Source of the DNA: a virus
Taxonomy: Duplodnaviria > Heunggongvirae > Uroviricota > Caudoviricetes
Virus record (IMG/VR): IMGVR_UViG_3300001528_000136
Span: 58,906 to 122,905 of that record
Reading direction: 5' to 3' (one strand)
DNA length: 64,000 nucleotides
Shown here: in pieces, positions 37,701 through 50,000 of the stretch
Position numbering within the stretch: the stretch's first letter is position 1
Layout of the letters: each line of letters starts with the position of its first letter
The notes under the pieces: generated by a model
What the model saw: only the letters and a program-made list of their open reading frames with translations
Databases searched by the model: none
What the model was told of the DNA's origin: nothing
Position numbers and translations under genes: made by a program

Positions 37701-40700
37701 AGTTTATGAAGTGGAAAGAAACTGAAGTTCTTAAATCTCTACTTGATGATAATGTTGAGATAAGATTAGTAGATGGTACTAATTCTTCTGCAAAGACTTA
37801 TTTAAAAGACAATTATGGAGACTGGGTTCATAATGGTAAAATGGTGTTTGCTAAAATTAATGGTCACAATATATTAACTAAATAGGATATAACTAGACTT
37901 GGTTTAGATATGAATGACCCACACTCTTGGAATATAGAGTTACATCCCATGCTTAGTAAATATAATGCACTTGATTATTTATTTACCTCTTAGTATATGT
38001 ATGCAGGTGTGGGATGTCATACTAATCACCCTTCTAAAGCTAAATATGATGTCCCTGTAATCTATACTGGAACTACTGTAGGGGAAGGATTAGCACAATC
38101 GTATAATTATTACACTTAGAGAATAGGACAATCTTACGAAGATGCAAAACGTATTGCACAATGGAATAACCAGATATTAATAGTAACTAACGAACAAGAT
38201 GCCATTAAACATGCGGCTGAAATCTCTTAGGTAATAGATGATGGAAGTATTAATTAGGACATATTTAAAAACCCTGTTTTAAATAGTCGTAGGATTACTG
38301 ATACATCTAAGTTAGAGTCTCTGGAAGACAAGTTACTTCAAAATGAAACAGAGGACGAAGCTTCTAGATTTGCAGCATAGCATAAAAGAAATGTATCTTA
38401 CACAGCTGCAATGCATGAATTTTAGTTAAACTAGCTAGATGGTATTCCATCAATATATAATATGGCTATTATGTCAGATTTAAAGTCTGATGTATATACA
38501 GTATAGGCAGATGTAGATAAAGCTACTAACTTTGATGGTGCTACATTTGTAAATCCATTTATAGTTATTTGGGAAAACAATTCACTGAATGGTGATAAAG
38601 CTGGTTTAAATAAAAAGTAGTTTGTACATTTTTATGATAGAGCTACGGGAACAGGAGGTATCATTAAAACTGCAGGATTTGGTTTAACTAATGATAAAAT
38701 TAGATAGTATGATTTCTATCGAAATATGATGCACAATATGACTCAAAGACAATGGAAAAATGCTGATGGAACTCAATATATTATGAGAGAAGGAGGTATT
38801 CTAAAAGACTTTGAGGGAAATGATATTGATTATGGAGATTTCTATTATAGAAAAGGAGCTAAATTCTATAAGAGACGTATATAGTCTTACGATGGTAATA
38901 ATACCTATTCTATATTAGAATAGCAGGTTGATGAAAACGGTGAAGCTAAAGGAGAAGAAAAGACTATTTAGGTAACTACTAAGTCTAACTATGACGTATG
39001 GTAGATGTTCGGAGGTATGAACTCAGTAGACTTTTTAGATGGAACTCTATAGGGTTCAGAAAAGTCTATAGAAATGACTGCACATGCTGCTAATATATAT
39101 GGAATTAAAAAGGATGGAGTAGTTAGAGCGTAGACTGCAGAGGATGTAATCCAACCAATGAAACATTCAGACATTCATTATATGCCTACTATAGGAGCAG
39201 TTAAACATGGTGCTGCTAATATAAATCCTGTATCATCATTCTTCAATAAAAATGGACTTAGCTTTATGTAGGTTGAAATGAGACAAGCAGGGATTCAGTT
39301 GGATAAGGAGCATTAGGCAGATAATGAAGATTTATCTCTTATGACCTAGGTTATATCTGCAGCTTGTTCAATGGGTTATACCAAAATGCAAGCTACAAAC
39401 TTATATAATGCTCTATATAGTTTAACTAAGTAGGCTACTAAATCCTTTAGAGATGAAATGGGAGACCTCCTAGAAGGATTTACTCCAGAGTTTGATGCGG
39501 CTGTTACAGAGACTATTATGAAAGCTTTAGTTAATGCTTCTGCAACTGATGGGGATATGCTCTAGTTAGTAGCTAAAAATATTATTAAAAAAATCAATGC
39601 AGAAAAGTAGTTCTCAGTAAATAAAGAAAATTATGCTAGCATTGATGGTGAAATTCCTTATAGTGATGCTGCCGTATCTGCTAAGGTAGTAAGTTCACTT
39701 ACTTCATCTTTAACTAAAGCAGGTATTAAAACTAAAATGCCTGGACTTCTTGCAGTGCTAAATCCTGCAGAAGGAATTATTAAAATGTATAAAGTTCCAG
39801 CAAAAGATAAGGATGGTAATATATTAGTTAAAGAAGATGGTTCTACTATTTATAAGTATGTAACTATGGATGCTATTGAAAGAGAGTATGATACTGAAAA
39901 TGCTCTTGAAATAATGCAATAGTTATAGAATGAAACTCAACCAATTAGTTATAATACTGATGAAACAGGACTAATAACTAGTATGCCTGATGTTAAAATA
40001 GGACACAAATATTTAGTAGCCTTCGCAGATGGTTCTTAGAGAGTAGTAAGTGTAACATTACCACACCGAACTGAATCTAAAGTAGATACTGTATTTTATA
40101 ATGGAACTCCATATCAAGAATAGACTATGGGATATAGAAAGCTTATAGACTATTTAAATGGAGTAGTTGATGAAAATACAGGAGAAACAAGTCAAATTAC
40201 AGAAGTTAAAGAATTTTTACTAGGTGGTCAAGACCTTGATAGTTATGATGTGAAATTCTAGGATTCTTTAGGTAATAAATGGCAAATGTCTGATTTAGAT
40301 ATTGTTTAGGACTATTTTGAAGCTAGAGAATCTGAAGACCCACGAAATAAAGTATTAGAAATTCTATCTAAGTATGACAAGAATGAGGATTTAAAAAGAG
40401 AGTTAATTAAAGTATTTAATTAGTCATCTAATGGAAATAAAGTACAAATAGTTAATGCTCTAGCTAATGACTTTAATGGAACATTCCTAACTGATGCTCC
40501 AATGTACAAAGAGTTCTTTTAGAACTATGCTCTGAAATTCTTAAATAGAGAAATGTAGAAATAGTTGGCGGCTTTAAATCCTGAAAATACAGAACCTTTA
40601 AATGTATTAATTAATGGTAAAATAGTTACAGTATAGCCTTCTACTATTGATATAACTAGTTATGGTACAGTAATACCTAAAACTGCTGCGTCTGCATTTG

Positions 40701-41584
40701 GACTTAACTAGTATGATTAGGTTAGTGATATAGTTAATAATCCAGATTTCTTCCTAGATAGATTAGCTAAGAAACTTAATACTAAGGTTCAAGACTATTA
40801 TAAGGATGATTAGTTAGTTAATAATTTTCATTTAGAACTAAAACGAAATGACGGTAATCATATTTATATAAGAAGGGGCTTAGATGGTTCAGACTTTGCT
40901 AATGAAGTGTAGTGGTTTAAGTATATTGATAACGACGGCAAGGTCTTCAGAGTGGATAGTGATGGTAATATTATGCATCCTATGTATAGTAAAGATGATA
41001 AAATATTCACTGATTATGATGGAAACGAAGTAATAGTTACAGAGGCTAAGGATACTTGGAAAGATTCTTAGGGTAATATAGTTGAGAATCCAGATATAAA
41101 GGAAGTTAATGGAATAACTATAGATTAGAAAACAGGAGAATAGATACATATTGAATCTCCTTTTACTTTCTATCTAGACAATCTCAATTATAACTTTCTA
41201 AATATAAGTGCAAATTGTTCGGAAGCTGAGGTCCTTAATTTACTAGATGCTGCTAAGAATAGTAAATCCAAGAAAGCTAATAATTTTGCCAAAAGATTAA
41301 TTAAATTAGGTAATTATGATAAATAGATAGATTACTTAGAGTAGCTTATTAACTTCGAGAAACTAATTAAAGGAGATACCAAGAATCCAGCATATTTAGC
41401 TTTACAAAAAGAATCAAGATAGATATGGACTTCTTTTATGAAGTATCTTGAAAATGTAGCCGCTCGTATTCCTGCTTAGTCTTAGCAATCCTTTATGCCT
41501 CAGGCAACTGCTATGTTTGAGAATACAGATACTAATAATGCTTACGTAAGTAAATTTTAGTTCTTCTTGTAGGGAAGTGACCTT
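34796..41584 (+). CDS. Virion RNA polymerase (two-barrel, crAss-like), exon 1 of 2 (2263 codons, TAG=Gln)
   Basis: Starts MAKCSLKK. Track fragments 35831, 37649 and 39737 are in frame. Contains DGATFVNP, KAGIKTKMPGLLAVLNP and ARIPAQSQQSFM. Ends ..FFLQGSDL, the first half of the DxDxD catalytic loop. Confidence 0.8.
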
Positions 41585-41763
41585 AAACAATATTGAGGTC
41601 GTTAAATCTTGTGAATTGCGGGAAATGCCTTAGAGTTTAACATACTAAATTAATAAAGTGATTTATTAATGGCTAGAAGTAACTAATCTAGGTATAGTAA
41701 CAAATGTTAAAATTGGTTAATCCGCAACTAAAAATCTTTTATATAACTTTAATAAAATCAGAC

Positions 41764-41792
41764 TTGTCAATTGATGCAAAATTGAATATAGT
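41764..41792 (+). promoter_or_regulatory. Candidate intron-internal promoter for the endonuclease, TTGTCA-N17-TATAGT
   Basis: Sits in the loop and 3' arm of a perfect 15-bp stem (41734-41748 with 41790-41804), about 90 nt upstream of the endonuclease ATG. Confidence 0.45.
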
Positions 41793-41882
41793 TATATAAA
41801 AGATGAAAGCTCATCGACTATCCGAAAGGAGTAGGGATGAACTCTCATTAAAACAAATTATTAATGCTAAATAAAGTTTTAT

Positions 41883-42587
41883 ATGAGAAAAATTAGTAAA
41901 AAATTAAATTTAAATCAAAAAAGATTATTACTTGGTATGCTAATTGGAGATGGTACTATAACTAATCATCCTGATTATAAAATAGACCATTCTACTCCTC
42001 AATTAGAATACTTAAAATGGAAATTAAAATTGTTAAATGAAGCTGGTATTAAAAATACTGGATTAAAACTTTATAAAAGTTCCGCAGGATATAATAAAGG
42101 CAAAGATGTATATAGAGTAAGAGTATCTACAAATATGACTATAAAAGCAATACGTAGGAGTGTATATATACAAAAGAAAACTATAACTAAAAAATGGTTA
42201 GATTGGTTTACTCCCAGAGAAATTGCTATATGGTTCATGGATGATGGTTCTGTAAACGTAAATACTTCTAAACAACGTAGTTCTATAAAACATACTGTAT
42301 TAATAGCAACCTGTGTTGACAAATTAACTGCTAAAATGATAACAAAATATTTTAAGGAAAAATGGAATATTCAGTTTAGAGTATTTCCAGAACAAGGACA
42401 AAAAACCTTAACATATTCAATAGCTACAACTTCAGAAGAAGAATGTAGAAAATTTAATAATTTAGTTTATCCATATGTAAAAGAGGTTCCAAGCTTATTA
42501 TATAAGTTAAGAAATAATTTTACTAAAGAAGAATTTAAGAATTTACAAAAAGAAAATCCCGAAGTGCAAGACTTATTATTTTTATAA
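41883..42587 (+). CDS. LAGLIDADG homing endonuclease (two-motif, LAGLIDADG_2-like), intron-encoded (234 aa)
   Basis: Motifs LLLGMLIGDGTI and IAIWFMDDGSV, plus HSTPQLEYLKWK. Lies between the 5' and 3' strands of P7. No TAG codons. Confidence 0.9.
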   Translation: MRKISKKLNLNQKRLLLGMLIGDGTITNHPDYKIDHSTPQLEYLKWKLKLLNEAGIKNTGLKLYKSSAGYNKGKDVYRVRVSTNMTIKAIRRSVYIQKKTITKKWLDWFTPREIAIWFMDDGSVNVNTSKQRSSIKHTVLIATCVDKLTAKMITKYFKEKWNIQFRVFPEQGQKTLTYSIATTSEEECRKFNNLVYPYVKEVPSLLYKLRNNFTKEEFKNLQKENPEVQDLLFL

Positions 42588-42633
42588 TAAGAAGATATAG
42601 TCAACCTATATATGAAAATATATAGATTAAGTG

Positions 42634-45600
42634 GATATTGATGCAGTATCTATACAAACATTTGAAATAAATCGTAATGGTTTATATGAATCGTACTCTC
42701 CATATACTAGTTTGGATTCTCCTGAACTTTTAAGAGCTTCAGAAAAATATTTACCTTTTCCTACAGGAGAAAAAATGTTCCCAGATCCTGTTTACAATCC
42801 ATCTGAAACTACCATGCATGAGTTAATTGCTAAGTAGCATAATAATGGTAATAAAATATTTGGATTAGCACATAAACTTAATTAGTAGGATGCTCTGTTT
42901 TTAATAGACTTTGATAAAAAAGGCAACGTATCAGTTGAAGTAAATACTAGTAATGAACAGAATATAAAAGATTTAGCTGATATTATTAAGTAGGCTAATA
43001 AAGAAAATTTTGACGTTCTTGACGGTGATGATATACTAAATACTAGAGCTTTAGCATCTCTATTATCAGCTGATGGTAATATTGTATTAACTACAGATAT
43101 TTATAATAATATTGAAGGTGAAATAATTAAAGCTATCAATAGGCATAATTTATATTTGAAAACAAATTCTAAGGCTAAGAATGATAGAATTTTAAAGAAT
43201 TTTGCAGTAACTTCATTATTAAATATTATTAAAAACCCTATAAATTTGAGAGAGGCTTAGTCATCTGTAGATGTTATGACCTCTACAGCTAAGGGTTTAA
43301 CCAAGGCATCTCCTAAGAATGCTGTATAGAAAACATTTACTCCTGGTAACGTATTCAATAAAATATAGAGTATTAATGAAAATATGGTTGGAAAAGACGG
43401 TATTGCCATTTGTGCTACAGGTCTTAAATCATTTTTTGCGCTAACTCATATGTATAATACAATACTAAATGACGGAAATGTAAGTAATGAAGAGAAATCA
43501 GCTTTAATGTGTAATGTACCTATTGGCGGCAAAGTTTACAAAGGATTAGCTAACGTAAATGTTAATTAGAATATAATAGAAAGTTTGGTAGTAGCCGAGA
43601 ATGGCAATTTTGTTCCTTTACAAGAATATTTACTGTCTCAAGAGTGGGAATCTGACGCAGCCAATGAAGCATCTGCTTTCTTATCGTTAAGTACTGATAA
43701 TGCGAAGGAGTTAGCCCTCGCCAAATTAAATGCAGGAACATAGACACTTGGTATGTATCTTTATGGATTATCTTTAGGTGTTCCAGTATAGACTTTGTTC
43801 AAAGTTATGACTTCGCCATTTGCATTTAGATTAGTTGAGTTAGCTAAAGGTGATATATTTAATGGTAACTAGGGTTGTAGAACTGTTATTAAGGCTTTAA
43901 ATTATTTACACAAAGATCCTGAGGAGTAGTTAGCAAGATACAATACATTTGATTTAACTAATTATAATAAGGGAAAATCTCCAGAAAAAAGAATATTAGG
44001 TCCTGCAGACTTTGCTTGGAAAGTTTTAAAAGATAATTTAATGGATGAATCTTATGAAGAGAGGCAACCATTCCTCAGATAGTTAGCACATAGAAGTAAT
44101 GCCATTGAAGCTATTGAATCTCTACGAAACAAAGTTAATTAGATAAATAATATTATCTAGACTAAGAATGAATTTGACTTATATTCCACATTATATAACT
44201 AGGCATTAGATTTTATGGAGCAATATATTGATGATGTATAGTTAGAATTAAATAGTGGTACTTATGATACTGTTTATGGTAAAGCTGTAGTAGCAACTGA
44301 CCTTGAGACATTAGCATTAGGTGCAGAAGAATATAAAGCAATTGGACAGATATTAAGACTTAATTAGGAAGTAAAAACAAATGCTTTAGACCTTCAAAAA
44401 TAGGTATCTAATATAGAAGAGTTAATACCTAGAAGACTTTAGTAGATAGGATAGGCTTTGAATAGAGGAAGTTAGCAAAGTAGACTTGGCATATAGGTAA
44501 CATAGGATGAGATAAAGAAACCAGATAACTATAAAATTGATATATAGAGATTCTTGTATGATGAAATATATCAGAGAGAGAAAATAGAGTAGTATGATAG
44601 AATTAAACAATCTTATAATCCATTACGTATCTTAGTTACAGACCCTCAATATAGAGGTTATGTAGAAACCATGTACATAGCTCATCAAGGTTTATAGAAC
44701 AAATAGTTAAAGTATAAATTTACAATAAGCAAGATTGCTGATTTTATCTAGAAAAATAAAGTTTCAAATAATCTACAATAGCAGGTTCTTAAAAATGGTA
44801 ATAATTATGTTGACTATAAGCTAAGATAGAATTGGATGAGAGATAGTAATATGTAGATTACTATTCCAGGTAGTACTGAAAAGACTAAAACTTATGCTTT
44901 TATAGGAGATTTAAATAATTATAAATAGTTATACTTTGATAAAACTATCTAGTTAGGAACTGACATGGGTGATGCAAATTTTAAATTATGGATGGAAAGA
45001 ACTCTTATCCCAAAACTTAAAGCTGACCCTACTTTAAAAGACAATATATTTATACAACATTTAAGTCCTATAGTTAATTCTAGAACTAACTTAGGTATGA
45101 CTTCAGTTTATTACGGACTGAATGGGATAAATATGTTACCGTAGTCTGATACTGAAAGAGAAATGTTTGACATTCATAAAGATGCCTTTAATTAGTTAGC
45201 TTCTTATGACCTTATTACAGATGCTAAAGGTAAGAGTATGGCAGTAAAAGACTTATTCTATTTATACTCTTTAATATGTAATAATGGTAAGTTTGGTCCT
45301 ACATCTTTGCATAAAATATTTGAAGATTATTTGGATTCAGGTATTGCTTAGAGTTACAAACACTTTATAGCAGCTAAGGATAAGGATATTGATTTTTATC
45401 AGAAGTTGGTAGATGAATGCACTGATGAATGGCTTGCTCCTACAAGTTCTCCTTATGTAGGTGGTTCTAAAGTTCTTAAATACAAAGACTTAAATAGTGA
45501 ACAGATGTTGCTTTATAAGAAGAATAAGAGATAGTCTCGTTCTGATGAAGATTATTATGCTGATTATGATTTTATGAATGAAATGGGATTTGACCCAGAA

Positions 45601-45966
45601 TATGAGACAGATCATATGGCAAAAATTAATGGCTATGTTAAATAGGAATCTTCTGCATTATCTAAAAGAGATTATAGTTTCTTTTCAAATCCTGAAATTA
45701 GTTATGAAGGAGGTAGTCTACAAATGATGCCAGCTACTTTAGAATTAACTAAATAGTATCCTATAAAGTATGAAATCAGAAACAACAAACCAGTTCTAGT
45801 AGAGATAGGCGGAAATAAAGAAATTACAGATAAGTTTATGAAGTTAATGAAAGACCGTAAAGGTGTATTACCTACTAAATAGATTTTAGGAAATAATGGA
45901 TTTACTACTGTAATTAATGAAGAATAGATTGAATCAGAATTAAATAGTATAATAAATTGTGGCTAA
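42634..45966 (+). CDS. Virion RNA polymerase, exon 2 (1110 aa; spliced protein 3373 aa, TAG=Gln)
   Basis: Begins DIDAVS. Track fragments 42631 and 43384 are in frame (VGKDGIAICATGLKSFFALT; SAFLSLSTDNAKELALAKLNAG follows). Ends ..NSIINCG TAA. Confidence 0.8.
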
Positions 45967-47014
45967 TTGTTTAATTAAAGATTTGGAGTATCGGACTAAG
46001 TTATCTTAGTCTGGTATTCCAGAATCTATATTTTATCCATTTTGTAATGGATTTATGAGTAAATATGGAAGATTACCTAATCTTGATGAAATTCCTAATG
46101 TAGATTCTACTTAGCATATAACTAATAAACTTCATCTAGATAGTAATAATTCAACATCTATAGATAATATTATGTCTTCTACTAATACTGACAGTATTGA
46201 AAAAGCAAATGCAAGTTTAAATGATACTTATAAAGATAAAGATATAAATATAATCCCATTATATAAAGAAGCCTTAGTTAATATAAAATCTAGACCTTCT
46301 GAATATAAATTTATAGAATAGGAAAAACATAGAGTAGATAAAAATCCTAATATGTAGAGTGTATTTAATTAGTTATTTGACAAGTTAAATAAACAGTATG
46401 GGGTATAGATGCACACAATTTCTGATAAGGAATTAACTAAAGAAGAATGGCAAGGTATTCCAGAAATCCAGACAGCTAATGCCTTTATTTATAATGGTGA
46501 AGTATATATAAATACAGACCATGCAAAAGCTGATGCTCCTATACATGAAATGACCCATATGTTACTAGGTTCAATAAGATTTAAAAACCCTGACCTTTAT
46601 TATGGAATTGTTTAGTAGGCTTAGAATTTTCCAACATTTAACTAGTTTATAGAACAGAATCCAAATAGAGCTATGAATGACAATATGGAAGAACTTTTTG
46701 TAACAGAAATGTCTAAGTATCTAGCAGGAGGAACTAGTGTTATTGAACAACTAGATTAGTCTGTAGTCAATGAACTTCATTACAATATGAAAAGATTACT
46801 AGATACTGCTTTAATGGGTCAATATAGTGTAAAAAGTATTCCAGATTCTTAGTTATATAAAATGTCATTGTCTGATTTAGCAGACACAGTAAATTCAGCA
46901 ATGTTAGAATCCAATTTCTATGGAAGTTTAGATGATGCTTCTTTACATAGACTATTAGCTAATACCAAATCAGATTTAATGAAGAATGGTGATTTAAGAG
47001 AAGATTGTGTATGA
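45959..47014 (+). CDS. Zincin-like metallopeptidase cargo protein (351 aa, TAG=Gln)
   Basis: The GTG start overlaps the RNAP end (MANCLIKD). Contains NAFIYNGEVYINTDHAKADAPIHEMTHMLL (HExxH) and a downstream MEELFV as candidate third ligand. The TGA overlaps the next ATG. Confidence 0.7.
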
Positions 47015-50000
47015 AATGTAATTATAGTTATAAAGGAAAACAATTTGATTCTATTTAGTAGCTAGATGATTTCTTATTAGAGAAACAAATCTATGAAAGT
47101 AAATATGGAGATTTAGTGTTTTCTATGACAGAAAAGTAGCTATCTGCCTAGAATAGAATTGATAGTATTAATAAAGAATCTGAGGAACTAAATAAGAAAT
47201 ATGCAGAAGCTAAAAGAAATGCTTCATTCATTGATTCAGAAGAAATATTAAAAATGACTAGACCTTATGTAGGTGTAAGTGAGTTTCTAATGGATTAGAG
47301 GAATGATGAAGGAAATCTGTGGCTTCCAACATTCACTACTGAATATTGGGCTAAACAATATTTAAATTGGAGTTAGGGAATTTATTCAGATGATGAGAAA
47401 GAAGCTTTTTTTGATAATGATGATTCTAAAGTATAGCCAGTAGAACTTGGTAATTAGGGAGATTGGCGTAAATCTGATGGTTCCTTAAAGGATAATTTTG
47501 GTACAGATGAGCAAAATAACTTTCGAAAGATAATGGAAGATAAGTGGAAACATCAAGCTAAGTACGGTGATGATATTCATGCTATTATGTAGAGTTATTT
47601 TGCTAGGGTAGGAGTAGATTCTGATGGAAATCCTAAATATCGCTATGAGCTTTGGGAAGGTAAACAAGGGGCTATGTAGTTAGCTAAGAGTGTTAAGTAC
47701 ATGAGAAGTAAGGGTATTATTTCTGATGAAATGACTGACGATAAAATCAAAGGAATACTTGAAATAGCTAAAAATCTTAGATCCTAGTTATAGTCACAAT
47801 ATGGTGAAAAGTGTGTTTATTATCCTGAAATAACAGTAAGTGCTAAACTGAACCATGAGTATGAAGGTAGGGATGATTTAAGTGTTTTAGGTCGTCTTGA
47901 TTTATTAGTAATTGATGAGAATGGTATTCCTCATATTATGGATTATAAAACTTCTCCAAAGGATTATGACCATTTTGCAGAAGCCAAAAAACTTACATTT
48001 ACTTATTAGCTAAGTACTTATGAAAGAATGTTAAGAAGACATGGTTTTAATACTACAGCTACAAGTTTAAGCATTATACCTTTAAAACTAGATAACTTTC
48101 ATAAAGAAGGAGATAAGTGGACTTATGATAAAGTAGTTCCTGGAGGTAATTTACTAGAATCTATAACTGACAGAGCTAACAAAGATTACATAGCTAATAA
48201 TCTTGATGAATATATTGAAGCCCCTTTGTTACTAGATGGAGACTCTAGTCAGATTACTGAGAATGTAACTAATTTAATGAAGACTTGTTTCCCAGAACAT
48301 GGTAATGTTGCTACTGATGAGTAGATAAAGAAAATGATTGATGGTCAAGGTGGTTTTAAAGAAAATAAAGAAGCTGGAACTCTGGAATTTAAACCAAAAG
48401 GATGGACTAAAACAATCTCGGTAAAACAAAAAGAGGGGGCAGAGGCTGAATTATTTAATAAAGTAAAGAAATTCTTTACAGGTCAAAGAGAACGTAGTTT
48501 AAAAAGAACCCAAGAAATTAAAAGAGCTTTGAAATAGGCGTAGGCAGAGGATACTAGACAAATCTAGTTACCAAACTCAATGAGTGATTGGACTAAAACT
48601 CGATTATCTAAATATTGCAGTAAGTCATGGGAAGTAATGGAGGGTCATGCTTAGGATATAGCTGAATAGTTTGGTATGATATTCCTATATAATAAAGCAA
48701 ATGACCTTGTAGAAGTAGTAAAGATAAGCTCTGCTGATTTAGCATTTCAACACTCATGGGGTAAGGGTAGATAGAATATTATTGGAGCTAAAGAAGCTGA
48801 CTTGGGAGAAAACTCTAAATCAGATAGTTTGATTATTAAGGCAACTAATGGAAATATTGAATTGATGGAAGCCATGGCTGTTCTTAATAACATCCAATTT
48901 AATAAGTCTATCTAGTTAGGAAATATAAGTGTATTAAATCCAGTATTTGGGCAGGGTGCAGAAACTAACTCTAATAAAGAGTTATTATATAATTGGAGAA
49001 AGCTTAGGTAGTCATTTAATATAGAAGGAGAAGATTAGTTTAAATAGGATGGCAGTATTAAATTATTATCTCTCGCAGAGCGGGCATATTTAGAATATGC
49101 TGATATAATGGATAGAGTCAACGATAGATGGTAGGCTCAAGAGTTTAGTAAATTTAAACCAGCTATGACTGAATTATAGAGTTCCCTTGAGCCTAATAAT
49201 GTTGAGGAAAGTCTTGAAGCTCTTAACTAGTTAAAGACAAAGTTAGAAAGAGATTTTGGAATGAATAAAGATGTTCTAACTAGAGGTGAAAATAAAGGTA
49301 AGAGTATCTATTCAGAAATGTAGAACTATGACCAGCAATATACTAAGTAGATGTATCAAATGACTCTTAGAGCCATTGCAGAGCTTAGTGGATTTGATAT
49401 TAGATAGGAAACAAAAGCCCATAGTTCATTCTTAGATAGTTTAAATATTTTAGAGAATGGTATGTCGGGTAACATGATTGACAACCCGGGCAATTTTGGC
49501 AACAGATTACTTAATTAGGTAACTTAGCTAGCTCTAGATGGATACTAGAATACTAGAGATATGTCTATTAGAAGGCTTAATGAGTTATCTAACAAAGTGA
49601 GAGAATTAAAGAAAGCTGAGAATTATGGAGTTGTCAGTGAGTATGTAACTGGGAATCAAACATCATTATATAATGACATGACTTACTATGATAAAGATGG
49701 TGATTTTAGATTTAAAAATCCGTGGAAAGATACTTCACTTCCTGAACATAAAAGGGAGTTTTTAAAGTATGCACTTACTGAAATAGCTAAAAACAAACAT
49801 CCAGATTGGACTCCTGAGATTATTAAAGACAAAATAGAAGCAAATGACCCAGACTTTTTCCAAGTTCCTCTGATTAGGGCAAGTGCTGCTTCTAAAATTA
49901 ATGCAGATGGATGGTTAGGATGGCTAAAGAGTAAGTTAAGACCTTTAATTAGTAAAGATAATGGAGAAACATTTAAAGAACGTCTTAAAAATACATTAAA

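Larger units (their letters stand above)
41585..42633 (+). mobile_element. Group I self-splicing intron (1049 nt) with homing endonuclease ORF
   Basis: The exon ends in U and the intron ends in G. P1 GACCTT/GAGGTC has a U.G pair at the splice site. P10 CAATATT/GATATTG. P4 AATTGCGGGAA/AATCCGCAAC. P7 GACTA (41816-41820)/TAGTC within AAGATATAGTC (42592-42602). P9 hairpin has a GAAA loop. Splicing restores GSDLDIDAVS in frame. Confidence 0.9.

Noticed and set aside
41585-42633. Interpreting the RNAP insertion as an intein or as two separate polymerase genes
   Set aside because: The insertion has an in-frame TGA after 3 codons, shifts frame, and shows a full set of group I pairings. Splicing restores DxDxD exactly.
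3105-47014. TGA also being reassigned (code 4-like)
   Set aside because: The in-frame TGAs found (3537, 5415, 17572, 47012) fall at gene ends, two of them directly overlapping the next start codon. I saw none inside coding regions.
912-47061. Apparent enrichment of TAG in the first 20 codons of late genes (9 of 19 genes)
   Set aside because: At a rough TAG frequency of 2-3 percent per codon, about 40 percent of genes would show this by chance. Not distinguishable without a formal test.
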